64,000 nucleotides of DNA from Curvularia clavata (lineage: Eukaryota), in contig CP089274.1 of NCBI GenBank assembly GCA_023920165.1, positions 2,294,001 to 2,358,000 on the forward strand. Direction: 5' to 3'. The translations under genes were made by a program, and so were the position numbers. Of the stretch, positions 13,000-24,593 are shown piece by piece. The notes beneath the pieces are model-generated. The model ran no database searches. It saw nothing but the letters and a program-made list of their open reading frames with translations, and was not told the DNA's origin. Numbering within the stretch: position 1 is the stretch's first letter; each line of letters opens with the position of its first letter.

Positions 13000-13620
13000 A
13001 TGTCGGACGCACTCGCTGAGCCTGCAATTGTTCAGAATAGCATCGCAGAGGTCCCTTCTATCGTCGAACCAGATACGGATGCGGACGAGCGTGGCCGGCT
13101 GAAGCGACGTAGGCAGTCATCTCACCACTCACCACGCCGCGCATTCTCTCCCTCTCGTGGCCACGATCGCGACAGCGGCTCGCGCTACCGGGAGCACCAT
13201 CGCAAACACCACCGTCCGTCGTCGCCAGTGTCATCCGTTTCTCCGCCAACTCCTGAGCAGAAGAAGACCAGACGGCGCAGCGATGCCGAGCCTGACCACA
13301 CGTTCAGAGGCCGAGCGCGTAAAAGAAGCATCGACCGAGCCAGAACTCAAAGCCCGCTAGTAGAAGATGAAGATGTGTTCTTAGAGAGCGATGACGATGT
13401 GAAGACCGTTAGGAAGAGGAGTCAACCACCCAGTCGACACCGAGTGGATGAAGCGGACCTGGCAACAGAACTTCGGCGACAGAGGAGCTACCCAAACCTC
13501 TACAAGGTGGATAGGAGGGATTCCAAGAGCGAGAACGAGAAGCACGTGCAGGGGGTCGGAGCTGTGGATTCTACAGAAGTTGCGGTTATGCCCCACACCA
13601 ACGATAGCCAGCCGCACTAG
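13000..13620 (+). CDS. Arg/Ser/His-rich low-complexity hypothetical protein
   Basis: 206-aa ORF with CATCATG start context and TATA-like TTTATA upstream; no recognisable domain. Confidence 0.55.
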   Translation: MSDALAEPAIVQNSIAEVPSIVEPDTDADERGRLKRRRQSSHHSPRRAFSPSRGHDRDSGSRYREHHRKHHRPSSPVSSVSPPTPEQKKTRRRSDAEPDHTFRGRARKRSIDRARTQSPLVEDEDVFLESDDDVKTVRKRSQPPSRHRVDEADLATELRRQRSYPNLYKVDRRDSKSENEKHVQGVGAVDSTEVAVMPHTNDSQPH

Positions 13621-14150
13621 TATGTTCGGCCAGCCTGGTTGTCTCGAGCTGATAATATGAACTTTGACATGGCTAGGACGGCGTTGGGATTGCACATTAC
13701 GTTTCCTTTTCTCGATGGGTAGGGTCATGGGACTGATGACATTCCACCATGGTGTCTGGCGTTAAATTCAAGTCGTCTCTTATTAGTTTGCTCGTTCTCC
13801 TACTCAGCTCCTCGTTCGCAATGGAAGGATTATATAATCACAATGTGGCTGTGCATGTGCTAAGATCAAGAGACGTGGCGCCGCAAACGGATGTCTCATG
13901 TCTGGAAGAATGACCTGACTTTTTCAGAAAATCATCTTTACTCCTTGGTTCCACCCGATCCGTGTCGACTCTGCTCACCTCAGCATCGCGAGTCAGCGTC
14001 TCGAATCTTCCATATCTACCGAGGCGTAACAAAAGCTGCCCCACGCCCCCGCTGCCTACCCAATCATCGAAGCTTAACTCCGCTCTCACTTCCGCTTGAT
14101 TATCCTCCGTCTCGCGTCCTCCTCTATTGCGTTGTGGACATTCCTCAGTT

Positions 14151-15118
14151 ATGCCTCCGCCAGGCAACGAGTACGCCGCTGAGCAACTCAAGAATTCCGG
14201 CAACAAATGCTTCAAAAATGGCGACTATGAGGGCGCCGAGACCCTGTATTCTCAGGCCATCCAGAAGAACTCGGCGAACCCGCTATTATTTACCAATCGC
14301 GCAAATGCGAGGTTGAAGATGGAGAAATGGGAGGGTGTTATTGACGACTGCATCCGGAGTATTGAACTGTTGAAAGATAACATGAAGGCTTTCTTTTACT
14401 TGGGTATGCTCCACTCTACTCCCTCCTTAGTGCGCCAAACACGTCGAGCACATGGCGTGACATTAGTGTAAGAACATGGGCTAAGCAGTGAATAGCGCAG
14501 GCACAACTCGCAATCAACCATCCTAATGAAGCATTGTCATCAGCTCTTATGGCGTATGAGCTTTGCACCACATCAGCACAGCAAACTTCCAATGCGGCCA
14601 CGATATCTGCTCTTGTCCTTAAATGCAAAAAGGCTAAATGGGACATTCGGGAACGAGAACGTATTCGAAGACGGGGCGATCTCCTCTCTGACCTCGAGAA
14701 TATGTTAGAGACACAGTATAAGAAAGACATGGACGAAATAGACGGTCGCATGGAATCAGGGGAGACCAGCCGATCGGATGGCCAGGAAGAGAAAGCAGAG
14801 CGGAAGCAGGAGTTCGAGAAAAAGCGCGATGACCTGCGAACAGCCTTCGCAATCTCAGATCCTGACCACCAGCAAAAGCGCGAAGTGCCAGACTACCTTG
14901 TTGATGGTATCACGTTTGAAATCATGCATGATCCAGTAGTCACAAAGAATGGCCGATCGTACGAACGCGCGACGCTCATTGAGCATCTCAAGCGCAGCCC
15001 AACGGATCCTCTCACCCGCGAGACACTCACAATCAGCGATCTGAGGCCGAACATTGCACTCAAGGAAGCCTGTGAAGAGTTTATGAATGCAAACTCAGGG
15101 TGGGTGTATGACTGGTAG
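14151..15118 (+). CDS. CHIP/STUB1-like TPR + U-box E3 ubiquitin ligase
   Basis: TPR (AEQLKNSGNKCFK..LFTNRANARLK); intron 14404-14495; U-box (VPDYLVDGITFEIMHDPVVTKNGRSYERATLIEHL..DPLTRE..LRPNIALK). Confidence 0.9.
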
Positions 15119-15768
15119 GTTGGGCGAATCCATTAGTCCGTAATTTATTTGGCAGGTATGTTTTATGGGTAGTTGCTCATCGTGGTTAGAAGAAGCAAGA
15201 GGATGCTGACAATGTCACAGTGAGGATGGTGAGATAGATCCAGATGCACGTTGGGCGCATCTTTCATCAAGCTAAGCCATATTTTTTCTTTGACACTCTT
15301 GTTTAGTTGAGGTTTTCTTGTTTGCATTGGAAGGCGTTGGTGGGTAGCACGATCCCCTTGCGTACGTATAATTAGGAGCATTGAGCGTCATTGAATCAGG
15401 CATAGTTTTATACCCGTTTTACTGCCGCTTCCATGAGCGCCTTTTTCTCCATTCTCCTTCGGGTTTCTAAATGCGTTTCAAGTTGCCGAGTCACTGGGCA
15501 GTTTACTATGTCAAGTTGCATTCCAGAGAGCGGGCAAGCACCATACACACCACACTCATATGTAGGAAGAGAATGGGTCTATATGCGAAAAATCAACCTA
15601 CTCTAAGCCTTGCGACCCAAGAAAATATCCTGGTCCTCCATTGGTATGGCCTTTCACTTATTCGAGTAGAGCGCCTTAGCGTGTGCCTCCATGCTCAGCG
15701 TAACTGCCATCCATTATCACTCCATTCAACTCTGACATTGCATTTAGTTGAGCGTACAGTCGTAGTAC

Positions 15769-17632
15769 TCATACAGTTTCCCCATATAATGCATCCAACT
15801 CTTGCGAATACTTCCTCAGCATCTCCACCTTTCTAATACTCCCTTTCGCAGTCTTCAGAAAAGGCTCTTCCGCAACCACGACCATGTTCTTCTCCACTCT
15901 GGCATAAAGCGGTGAGCCTGCATTGACCTCTTCGATTTTATCCCATACGTCATCTAGCTTTAATCCGTTTTCCAGTCTCACAATCAGCGCTGCTTTGGGA
16001 CGACGCGTGCCTACAATCAAGGCTTCTGCGATACCCGGGTGTGATGCAAGACGCTGTTCAGCCACAGTCGGGAAAAACTTCTCGTTGGAAAGAAAGACCA
16101 GCAGATCATCGGCGCGACCATGGTGTTTCCACATATCCGGATACTTTGGATGTCTAACGAATAAATCGCCGGTTCTATGTGCCTCGAGATCGGGATGGAT
16201 TTTGAAGAAAGATTGCACGAACCCATCGAACTCTTCACCATTGTTCCGTACCAAGATCGCTTCGTACACTGTTTGCGCGGCATCTTTAGCTGCAGGTTCA
16301 AACTGCATGTTGATTGCTGGGTGAGGCGTTAGGTATTCCCACTTCCCGTCTTGTCTCAAGTCGTCGTCGATTGGCCGAATGCAAGACCAGGTGCCCAACT
16401 CGGTGGCTCCAATGCCACATACTAGATGCATTGTCTGTGCAATTGTATCTCCAGCGGCGCGAGATATGCTTCCTCCACCATATCGCAATGCTTGGGCCTT
16501 CTGAGCGATCTGATCCAATTTTGATGGGTGCTTTGCCACATACTCCATACAGGGTGGGATCGCAGACACAAGGTTTATGACCTTCTGCGTGGTTTCAGTC
16601 GCACCTCCTCGTCCAGCTTCAAGCACTTCCAGAGCCGATATTGCGCGATCCACCGTTTTTTCTGGGGTCGATCCTGGTTGCGAGTATGTGGGTATTGTGC
16701 CTAGTAACAAAGGGTGGAAAACCATGGAAAAGATTCCGCTGGCATGATATGGGGGGGTAGTTATCAGTACTCGCCCAGTTCCATCTTTCCCACCGCGTAA
16801 AAGAGCGTCTGCAAAATCGAAGCCAGCAGGTGGAGGCAGGTTGAGCGCCCGTGATTGACTAGCAACCCAGTCGTGCGTCCAGATGATGGGCTTGGGAAAT
16901 CCCGTAGTACCAGATGTATCTATGTTGGAAAAAGTAAGCCCCTCTATCTACCAGTATCAAGTCAAAGTCAGTAAGAATGTGGTCTCGACTTACGTAAACA
17001 TATCATAGGCTCATCTTTGCAGGTGTCAAATGTCTTAGCAAAAGGATATCTCGTTACCCTCCCGGAAAAGAAATGGTCCACATTAGGGAGTTGAAGCTTT
17101 CGTAAGGTATCTTTTTTATTCTTGAGTATCTCGGCTTCGATGGGATACGGTGTCTCGGGGCTTAACAAGACTTTGGCATCTATGGCCTCGATCAACTTTA
17201 CCAAGGCTTCAGCGCCATATCGTGGCGAAGGGAAGAGCATCTATTTTTGTTCTTGTCAGTTTTGGCCTCTATTTTCTCTCAATCGAACCGAGATCTCGGA
17301 AATTTTTTACTTACTTTATACCCAGCAATCACACTTCCTAAACACAACAATGCATACCGGATATCACTTGGGCCCATGTACACCAATGTTTGACTTCCAT
17401 TTTTCTGTTCCTCTTCTAACTTTCCCACATTCTGATTGATCCACCATGCGGTTGCATTGACGGCGTTAGCCACATCTGCGAAAGTGAACTTCCAGTAGCC
17501 TTTAGATATATCTTTCGGATCGCGTGGAAATTCAGCATAAGTGGCAGAAGGGTACTTATCGGCAATTGCGAAAAGAACATTTGGGAGAAGATCAGAGTAG
17601 AATTCAGGCCAAGGGCTTGGACGAGCCGACAT
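15769..17632 (-). CDS. Stand-alone adenylate-forming (ANL) enzyme resembling the A domain of fungal NRPS-like/carboxylic acid reductases
   Basis: Three exons (introns about 17312-17241, 16994-16920); FPSPR, HTSGTTGFPKPI (P-loop), GATE, RTGDLF, GRADDL, NEKFFP, KTAKGSIRK. Confidence 0.85.
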
Positions 17633-18355
17633 GTTTGGTTTTGTAAGATCTTGAAAAGGCTTGTATCAAGTTCAAAAAGGAACTACTAGTCTTAATTCAA
17701 TAAGTATGAGTGTGTATACACAATGGACAGAAGATATCAGGACAACACTGGAGAAGAACTACCCGAATATCATGCCCTTATATACCCCGCACAAGGTGCT
17801 GGGTTTCCCAGCAAAACGTAGAATCCTTTGATCCGCAGCGCAGTGACCATTCCATGCCGTGCAACCTAATCTGACACACTCTCAGCACACACAGGACGTC
17901 ACCAAGCAGCGTCATCTCCTACAGCCGAAAGGGTCTCTCTTGCCGACCCCTGTTTACCTGAAAGCATGTACTATGTAAGAAGGGCGCAAGGCAGACTAGA
18001 AAAAATAGGCTTTTTGGTCGTCACCAAAGGTGTACGTAAGCCCTAGCACGGTTCCGCATCAAGAGCCAATTCCGCGTTTTAGCACAAAGTTAAAGACACA
18101 AAGAGAGAAGGCAAAGTTTGGGCCAACTCAGAGGTACATGTACGGTTGTGTATGCAATGGGTAAGCACTAAGGCAGGGCTGAGTGGGAAAAAGAAAATAA
18201 GATGTTTTGCCACTAAGTATGGGTAAGGGTATGTATGTACAATAGGTCTTAGCATTGGTAATATCAAGTGCTGACACAGCAATGCGTAAATACAGAGAAG
18301 CTGACTGTATATACATAGGGCGCAACTTTTGACCCTTCACTATTTTCTTACCTTC

Positions 18356-19670
18356 TCAAGCGTTTCCGCTCAACTGCTGTTTCCACCCCGCAGGACATGT
18401 GCCTGTGCATGCCAAGCCGCTGTCGCTATTGAAATTGCTGCAGAGGATCTTTGCCTGACCACCCTTGCTGGGCTTAATATCGATATTCTTGAACTTCAGG
18501 CCTGTACAAGGCGTGCTCTTGCTGCAGTATATCGCCGCCGCAACGTTGTACGCAGACGTTCCAGTGATGTTTTCCCACGTGATGTCTGAGATCTTGAGGT
18601 GCGAGGAATCGCAGTTTGTGTAAGAGTAGATGCAGGGTGTAACGTAGATGGGCTGATTGACGTCCTTGACTTGGATGTTGCGGAATGTAACGTTCTTGAC
18701 ATGGCCTTGGCCTGGGTACGTCTTGATCCATGCAGCGTTGGAGCTGTAGACGGCGGTGATGTCTTCGAAGAGGACGTTGTCTACTGTCTCAGGAATGTTG
18801 GGTGGATTGCCCATCGAGCCTATTACCATTGCACCGGATCCGTAACATGTGGCGTTCTTGACGTATACGTTTGTGCTGTTTCCCTTGACGGAGATACAGT
18901 CCTTGTAGGATTGTTAGAGGTGTGAACAATTGATAAAGTGACGATGGAAGCTTACATCGCCGCAAGTGACAACCCAGTTCTTCAGCACAATGTCTTGTGA
19001 ATTCCAGCTGTCGAAACCATCAGTGTTAACCGTGTTCCACTGCGAGTTAGAGACGGCCTTCATGTCCAAGTTTGTCATGGTGACATTTTGTGAGTAAGCA
19101 ACGAACGTGTGCCTGTGATACTGTTAACAAAATCGGTCCTGAGTATAAGGCAAAGACTTACCAGAACTGCGTCTGCCTCCAGGTAATGCCATCAACCACG
19201 GCATTCTTTGCGTGCCACAGTGTCAGACTGATGGGCCTACCAGCCATATTGGCTCCGTTTCGGTTAGCATCGTACCACGCCTGGCCATTACCATCGAACA
19301 CTGCCTGGCCGTGACCCAAGACTGAGAAGTTTTCGCCTCCCAAACGGAACGCCGTACTCCTTTGCTGAAAGACAACACTGACAGTGTTTTTGACCCAGTA
19401 CTGGATGTCGGCAGTCCAAGTGAGTTTGCCGTAAATGTTAATCTCGCAGTTCTTGAGATTGAGAACATCCATGACCTTGGCGATGGTGTAGTCTCCCGCC
19501 GCGATGTTAATCTTTCCGTTTTGCCCACATTGCTTGAACGCATCCAGAATGAAGGGGCTGTCATCGCCTGATCCGGAGGGGGTAACGGTGCATAGTGTGC
19601 CCGTTTTGGTCATGGCAGTGAATGCTGGAGTGGCAAGGAGCCATAGCGGTGCAATCTTGGTAAGAAGCAT
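18356..19670 (-). CDS. Secreted GH28 pectinase (exo-rhamnogalacturonase/RgxB-like)
   Basis: Signal peptide; introns 19161-19113 and 18955-18902; NTDG and GD|DC catalytic motifs, VIGS, WIKT; Cys-rich C-terminus. Confidence 0.85.
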
Positions 19671-20370
19671 CTTTGCAGTTGAAGGAGTGCCGATGTTGAC
19701 GACAAGCTTTCGAGAAGCACGGCTTGGCTATATATCTAATCTTGCTACGAATGCTTGGTGCTGAGATCCCAGGTTCCCCACGATTCAGCTTTGGCCGCTA
19801 ACATCTCTGTCGCATAGTGCTTGCGTGGAAACGGGAAATTTAGACTGCTTTTTAGATACAACTATTGGTGCGAATACTGTCACGCTGCAAATTCGGCCAA
19901 ATATCCGGCCAGGGTTCGTGTTTTTAGCTAGATGCAATTTATCCAAAGTGTAAAGATCTGTTGCAAGGTACTAAGAACAGTCTGTTACCATGTCTTTGGG
20001 TAGAAATGGTGCTATGCGAGCGGCACCATAGATGGAAAATAGCGGTACAACTGGCAGCATGTGGCGTTAAAGTGAGATTAGCTGGTTACAGATTGTATCA
20101 GATGGTCAGACCAATAAGCCGTAAGTGAACGTCAGATAAGCGGAATCACATCATGTTAAGTGTAAAACAGCTCGAAAAGCGAGATAGGAGAGATTAGCAG
20201 TCCCGAGGGCATGGTGTCAGATGAGAAGAGCCAAGGCGGGCGGTCGGCGATGGATGGTCAGTTCAGGGACGTGGTGCCAAGCCCACGTCACGTCCATCGC
20301 CCGTGACCTGCACTTCACCGAGCAATTGTCCAGCCATTGAACGCCGCACGGGCTGCGCACGACACTCGCT

Positions 20371-22068
20371 ATGATGCACAGTGCCGCCAGCATGCGTGCT
20401 CTGCGCGTACGGGCTGCGATACCGCGCTGTCGCCCCTCCCATCGCCCGTTTCAATCCCCCTCGAGATTCGCTACGACGACCACGACGACCGCCGGAGCCG
20501 CGACAAACGTTTCGTCGGCTGGCACCCGCGCAAAGAACCTCATATACGGCTCCCTGTTGGCGCTGGGAGGCACTTTCGGTTATCTCTATGTCACCGACAC
20601 TCGCGCTAGCATCCACGAATGGCTGGTTGTACCAGCACTTCGCTTGATATACCCCGATGGCGAGGAGGCTCATCATGCTGGAACCCAGATGCTTAAGGCC
20701 CTGTATAGCTTCGGGCTGAACCCCCGGGAGCGTGGTGTAGCCGATTCTCAGGGTGACCTGGCTGTCGAAGTCTTTGGCCATACATTGAACAACCCCATTG
20801 GCACATCTGCTGGTATTGATAAGGGCGCCGAGGTCCCAACACCACTGTTTGATATGGGCGCAGGTGTAGTCGAGGTTGGAGCGATCACATTGATGCCTCA
20901 GGAAGGCAACCCAAAGCCGCGTGTTTTCAGGATCCCCAGCCAGAATGCGCTCATCAATCGATACGGATTCAATTCCGAGGGCGCCGAGCTGGTCGCTTCA
21001 CGGCTGCGACAACGTGTACGAGAGTTCGCATATCATGCCGGTCTTGGGCTGGACGAGGAGGCGGAACGGCGGGTGCTAGATGGAGAGGCTGGAGTGCCGC
21101 CTGGCTCGCTTCACAAGGGACGCCTCATGGCCGTGCAGGTCGCCAAGAACAAGACGACTTCTGAGAATGACATCGAAGCTGTTGTGCGCGACTATGCCAC
21201 TGCTGTTGGCTACGTAGGAAAGTATGCAGATATTCTTGTGGTCAATGTCTCTTCACCCAACACCCCCGGCCTTCGGACCCTCCAGAATGTTGAGCCTTTG
21301 ACCAGACTCCTTTCGGGCGTAGTCAGCGCCGTCAAGAACATTGATCGCAAGACTAAGCCCGCCATTATGGTCAAAGTGAGCCCAGACGAAGACTCTGAAG
21401 AGCAAATTTCGGGTATTTGCGAGGCGGTATGGGACTCTGGTGTTGACGGTGTTATCGTTGGTAACACGACGAAGAAGCGACCAGACCCGCTTCCCAAGGG
21501 CTATCTTCTTACTCAATCAGAAGCCAACGTTTTACTCGAACAGGGCGGATACTCAGGGCCACAGATGTTTGAACGCACCCTGGCCCTAGTAAAGAAGTAC
21601 CGAAAGGCACTTGACGAAGGCCCGAAGCAGATTACCCTGCCTACACAATCTGAAGACATGAAGCCTTCCGCTGTCCAAAGCTCAGGGGATGGATCGCCCG
21701 CAAATGCCGCGGAAAAGCTTGAGCCCGAACCTTCGACCAAACCATTGAAGACCAAGCCTACCCTCGATCTCGAGCAACCCGCCCCCAAGCCCGCATCCTC
21801 AGATTTTGATGACCTCTCCGAATCTGCACCTGTTGTCACCGTGCAATCTATGCCAAAGGTAGCCCCTGCACCTGACGCTCCACGTAAAGTCATCTTCGCA
21901 ACTGGAGGAATCACCAATGGACGGCAAGCGCGCGAGATTCTCGACGCAGGAGCAAGTGTCGCGCAGATGTACACTGCCATTGTCTATGGAGGTGCTGGTA
22001 CAATTACTAGGGTCAAGCAGGAGATGAGAGATGACGCCAAGGCACAGAAGAACCTGACCAAGTCTTAG
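20371..22068 (+). CDS. URA9: Dihydroorotate dehydrogenase (quinone), class 2, mitochondrial
   Basis: Presequence plus TM anchor; SAGIDK, GNPKPRVFR, LINRYGFNSEG, NVSSPNTPGLR, VKVSPD, GNTT, GGYSG, ATGG, QMYT. Confidence 0.95.
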   Translation: MMHSAASMRALRVRAAIPRCRPSHRPFQSPSRFATTTTTTAGAATNVSSAGTRAKNLIYGSLLALGGTFGYLYVTDTRASIHEWLVVPALRLIYPDGEEAHHAGTQMLKALYSFGLNPRERGVADSQGDLAVEVFGHTLNNPIGTSAGIDKGAEVPTPLFDMGAGVVEVGAITLMPQEGNPKPRVFRIPSQNALINRYGFNSEGAELVASRLRQRVREFAYHAGLGLDEEAERRVLDGEAGVPPGSLHKGRLMAVQVAKNKTTSENDIEAVVRDYATAVGYVGKYADILVVNVSSPNTPGLRTLQNVEPLTRLLSGVVSAVKNIDRKTKPAIMVKVSPDEDSEEQISGICEAVWDSGVDGVIVGNTTKKRPDPLPKGYLLTQSEANVLLEQGGYSGPQMFERTLALVKKYRKALDEGPKQITLPTQSEDMKPSAVQSSGDGSPANAAEKLEPEPSTKPLKTKPTLDLEQPAPKPASSDFDDLSESAPVVTVQSMPKVAPAPDAPRKVIFATGGITNGRQAREILDAGASVAQMYTAIVYGGAGTITRVKQEMRDDAKAQKNLTKS

Positions 22069-22282
22069 GCCATCGGTGTAGAGTGAGATTGGATTATGTT
22101 TGTACATCAAGATTTTGAGCGTGTATCTTCAGCCAGCCCCAAAAATAGACTTCTGTCATGTCCCAAAACAAAAGACTATATTCTTTCTCTATTTTACTCG
22201 AGTCTAGAGGTTATAAATCACTGAAACGCAGTTAAGGTATATGTACACGTAGAAATCATATCTTTTTCTCCAACGTCTCAAA

Positions 22283-23100
22283 TCAAGCACCAATCTTGCT
22301 CTCCAAGAATTGTGGCGCAGGGCCCATGGCCTCATCAGCGTAGGTAAAGTGTGCTGCGGTGACAGTAAGAGTGCCATCACATACCAGGTCACCTGGTGCG
22401 CAGTAGACTTTCAAGTTCTCAGCAGGGTATGAGGGGATTCCGCCGTTGTTCTGCTTGTTCTTGGTGTACCCGAAGAGAACGATACCCTTGACCTGAGCGC
22501 GAACAGCCTCAGAGAGCTTGGGAATGGCACCAGCGATAACAGCGGTACCTTGACTGTTTGAGGTGTTAGAGAAAAAGTTAAACAAGAAGGCCAAGGATGG
22601 AAGGGGGAGCTCATCGTACCTATAGCCACCTGATACAATCGGCGTATCGGGGCACTTTTGGTTTGCCTGCTGGAAGAGTCCAGCGGCCTCGTTGATAGCA
22701 GCTGCGGTGGTGCCAGCCGGCAGAGCATTGGACATCAAGTCGGCAGCGTATGGGCTACCGACACCTTGGATCCAGACACTGCTGGCACCGTACTTGCTCT
22801 GGAGCGCCCTTGCAACGGCAGGTCCGGTAGAAGAACCCTAGCGGTTTTGATCAGTAAAAACGGTGAACAAACTAGAACCAACAAGCATACCATGTTTCCG
22901 GTCTCGCCACTGGCTCGGGCAAAGATGAAGATTGCCTTAGGGCAAGAACCGGCTTTTCCTTGCTCGAGGTCGTTGCTGGTGCTGAAGCCAGAGCCGAATA
23001 ATTGACGGGCTTGAAGGGCGTCTTCTGAGTGCGATACAGATGAAGTGATGGGTGAGGCTGCTGCCAGGGCAGTCATCATGGAAAGAGTAAAAAACTTCAT
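22283..23100 (-). CDS. Cutinase (CE5)
   Basis: Signal peptide [33 protein letters not shown] after removing intron 22619-22554; [16 protein letters not shown]. Confidence 0.93.
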
Positions 23101-24593
23101 TTTGGCGATGTGTGTCGAGAGGTGCAAGGAAGTTTGATGGTAGAAGCGAATGTAGTAGCGAATGTGGTAATGATAGAATAGTGACTGAGGCACACCTTGA
23201 TGTTTGTTTCGTTTTACGCAGTAACACCTAGCTATATATATTCACACAGTCAAGTCAATGCCATGGAAATCGGCCCCCTCATTTCTCCAAGACTAACCCA
23301 CCGGTAGCGACCTAGCCCCGGAGGTGGGAAACAGAGCGTTTCGTGTATCAATCCATGACCCAGGTTCTCAGACTAGCTGGCGCAGATCTCAGAAGCCAAC
23401 ACACCCAACTTGGTGTTCCATCATGGAAGGAGGCTCTGGTATTGGCTGTAGCGCAGCCATTCAAAGCCATTCATTGGATGGCTCTCTCATGCATCACAGG
23501 TGCCAACACCAGCCGTTGTGGCACCGAGGCTGTGCGTCTTGAGAATTAGAGTTTGCATGACATGCCGGCACTGCAAGTGATCCTATCAAGCAAAGTTAGA
23601 TGGGGGGAAGACAGCCAATAACCATATTTTCTTTGTTGCTTTTGTCTTCGAGAACAGTATTCAACCAAGGAGATTATATGCATCTGTCTCGAATAACGTA
23701 TTGGCGAGGATGTGACTAGGGTTGGCAGCGTCAAGTGAGTGGGTTTGGGAAATGACTCGCATCCTATTCTGGGTGTGCCACTGCCTTCATAGAACGACTG
23801 CGACATAAAAGCAATGTGCCTCGGGGGTTGGAAGGACTCATGTCATGAACCTGCCAGGGGTAGTCGTCCGTTAGCGTCCGCACCAGCCTAGCGTACTCCA
23901 TATATCCCAATCCCGTTCACAACCCATGCAGAAAATCCTCCGTGCCGAGTGTTGAGTCGTCGGGGATAGACCGGCAAGTACATGCAAGAAGCCATGCGCT
24001 AGAACATTCAGTAGCCACATGGAGCGCGATCCTCTTGCTCTGAAATAGCCAAGTCCCAATGAAACAACCCTTTAGTCATGTCCAGAATGGGGCGCCGAAG
24101 CCTATGTCGTCATTTGGCTACACGAGATGAGACGTTGGAAAAAAGAAAGTATGCTTCAGATGCTACCACGTCCATCCATCGCGCCTAGTACCGTTGCATT
24201 GTCTCAGATAAAGTGGCTTCGTCGTCACCTTTCGCAGGACACCTTCAAAGCTACAGTTCATTTTGTGCTGCTCCGCGCAGACGAGTGCATGTCGAACTAT
24301 TACGACTCATGGGCAGTCAACCCGTGTGTAGATCATCAGAACGAATATGGATATTTAACCGTAGCACATGACGATCCTGAACTCATAGGGAGTCACAGAG
24401 TCTTGAAATGGATGCGCGTGTCCCAAATTCCACTACCGAGGTTGTTTCAACATTCACAAAACAGAATTGGGATGTTCCTGGATAGGCAATCATTATGTAG
24501 AATTAGTTCGATTTCTCTACTTAAGCAGGGTAATGTTCAAGAAGTCCAAGGTTGGAGAAAGGCCACTCGCTCACTACGGGATAGACATTGGTA

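Noticed and set aside
8154..15118. Hsp70 and CHIP E3 proximity as a functional pair
   Set aside because: This Hsp70 is mitochondrial and lacks the C-terminal EEVD bound by CHIP TPRs.
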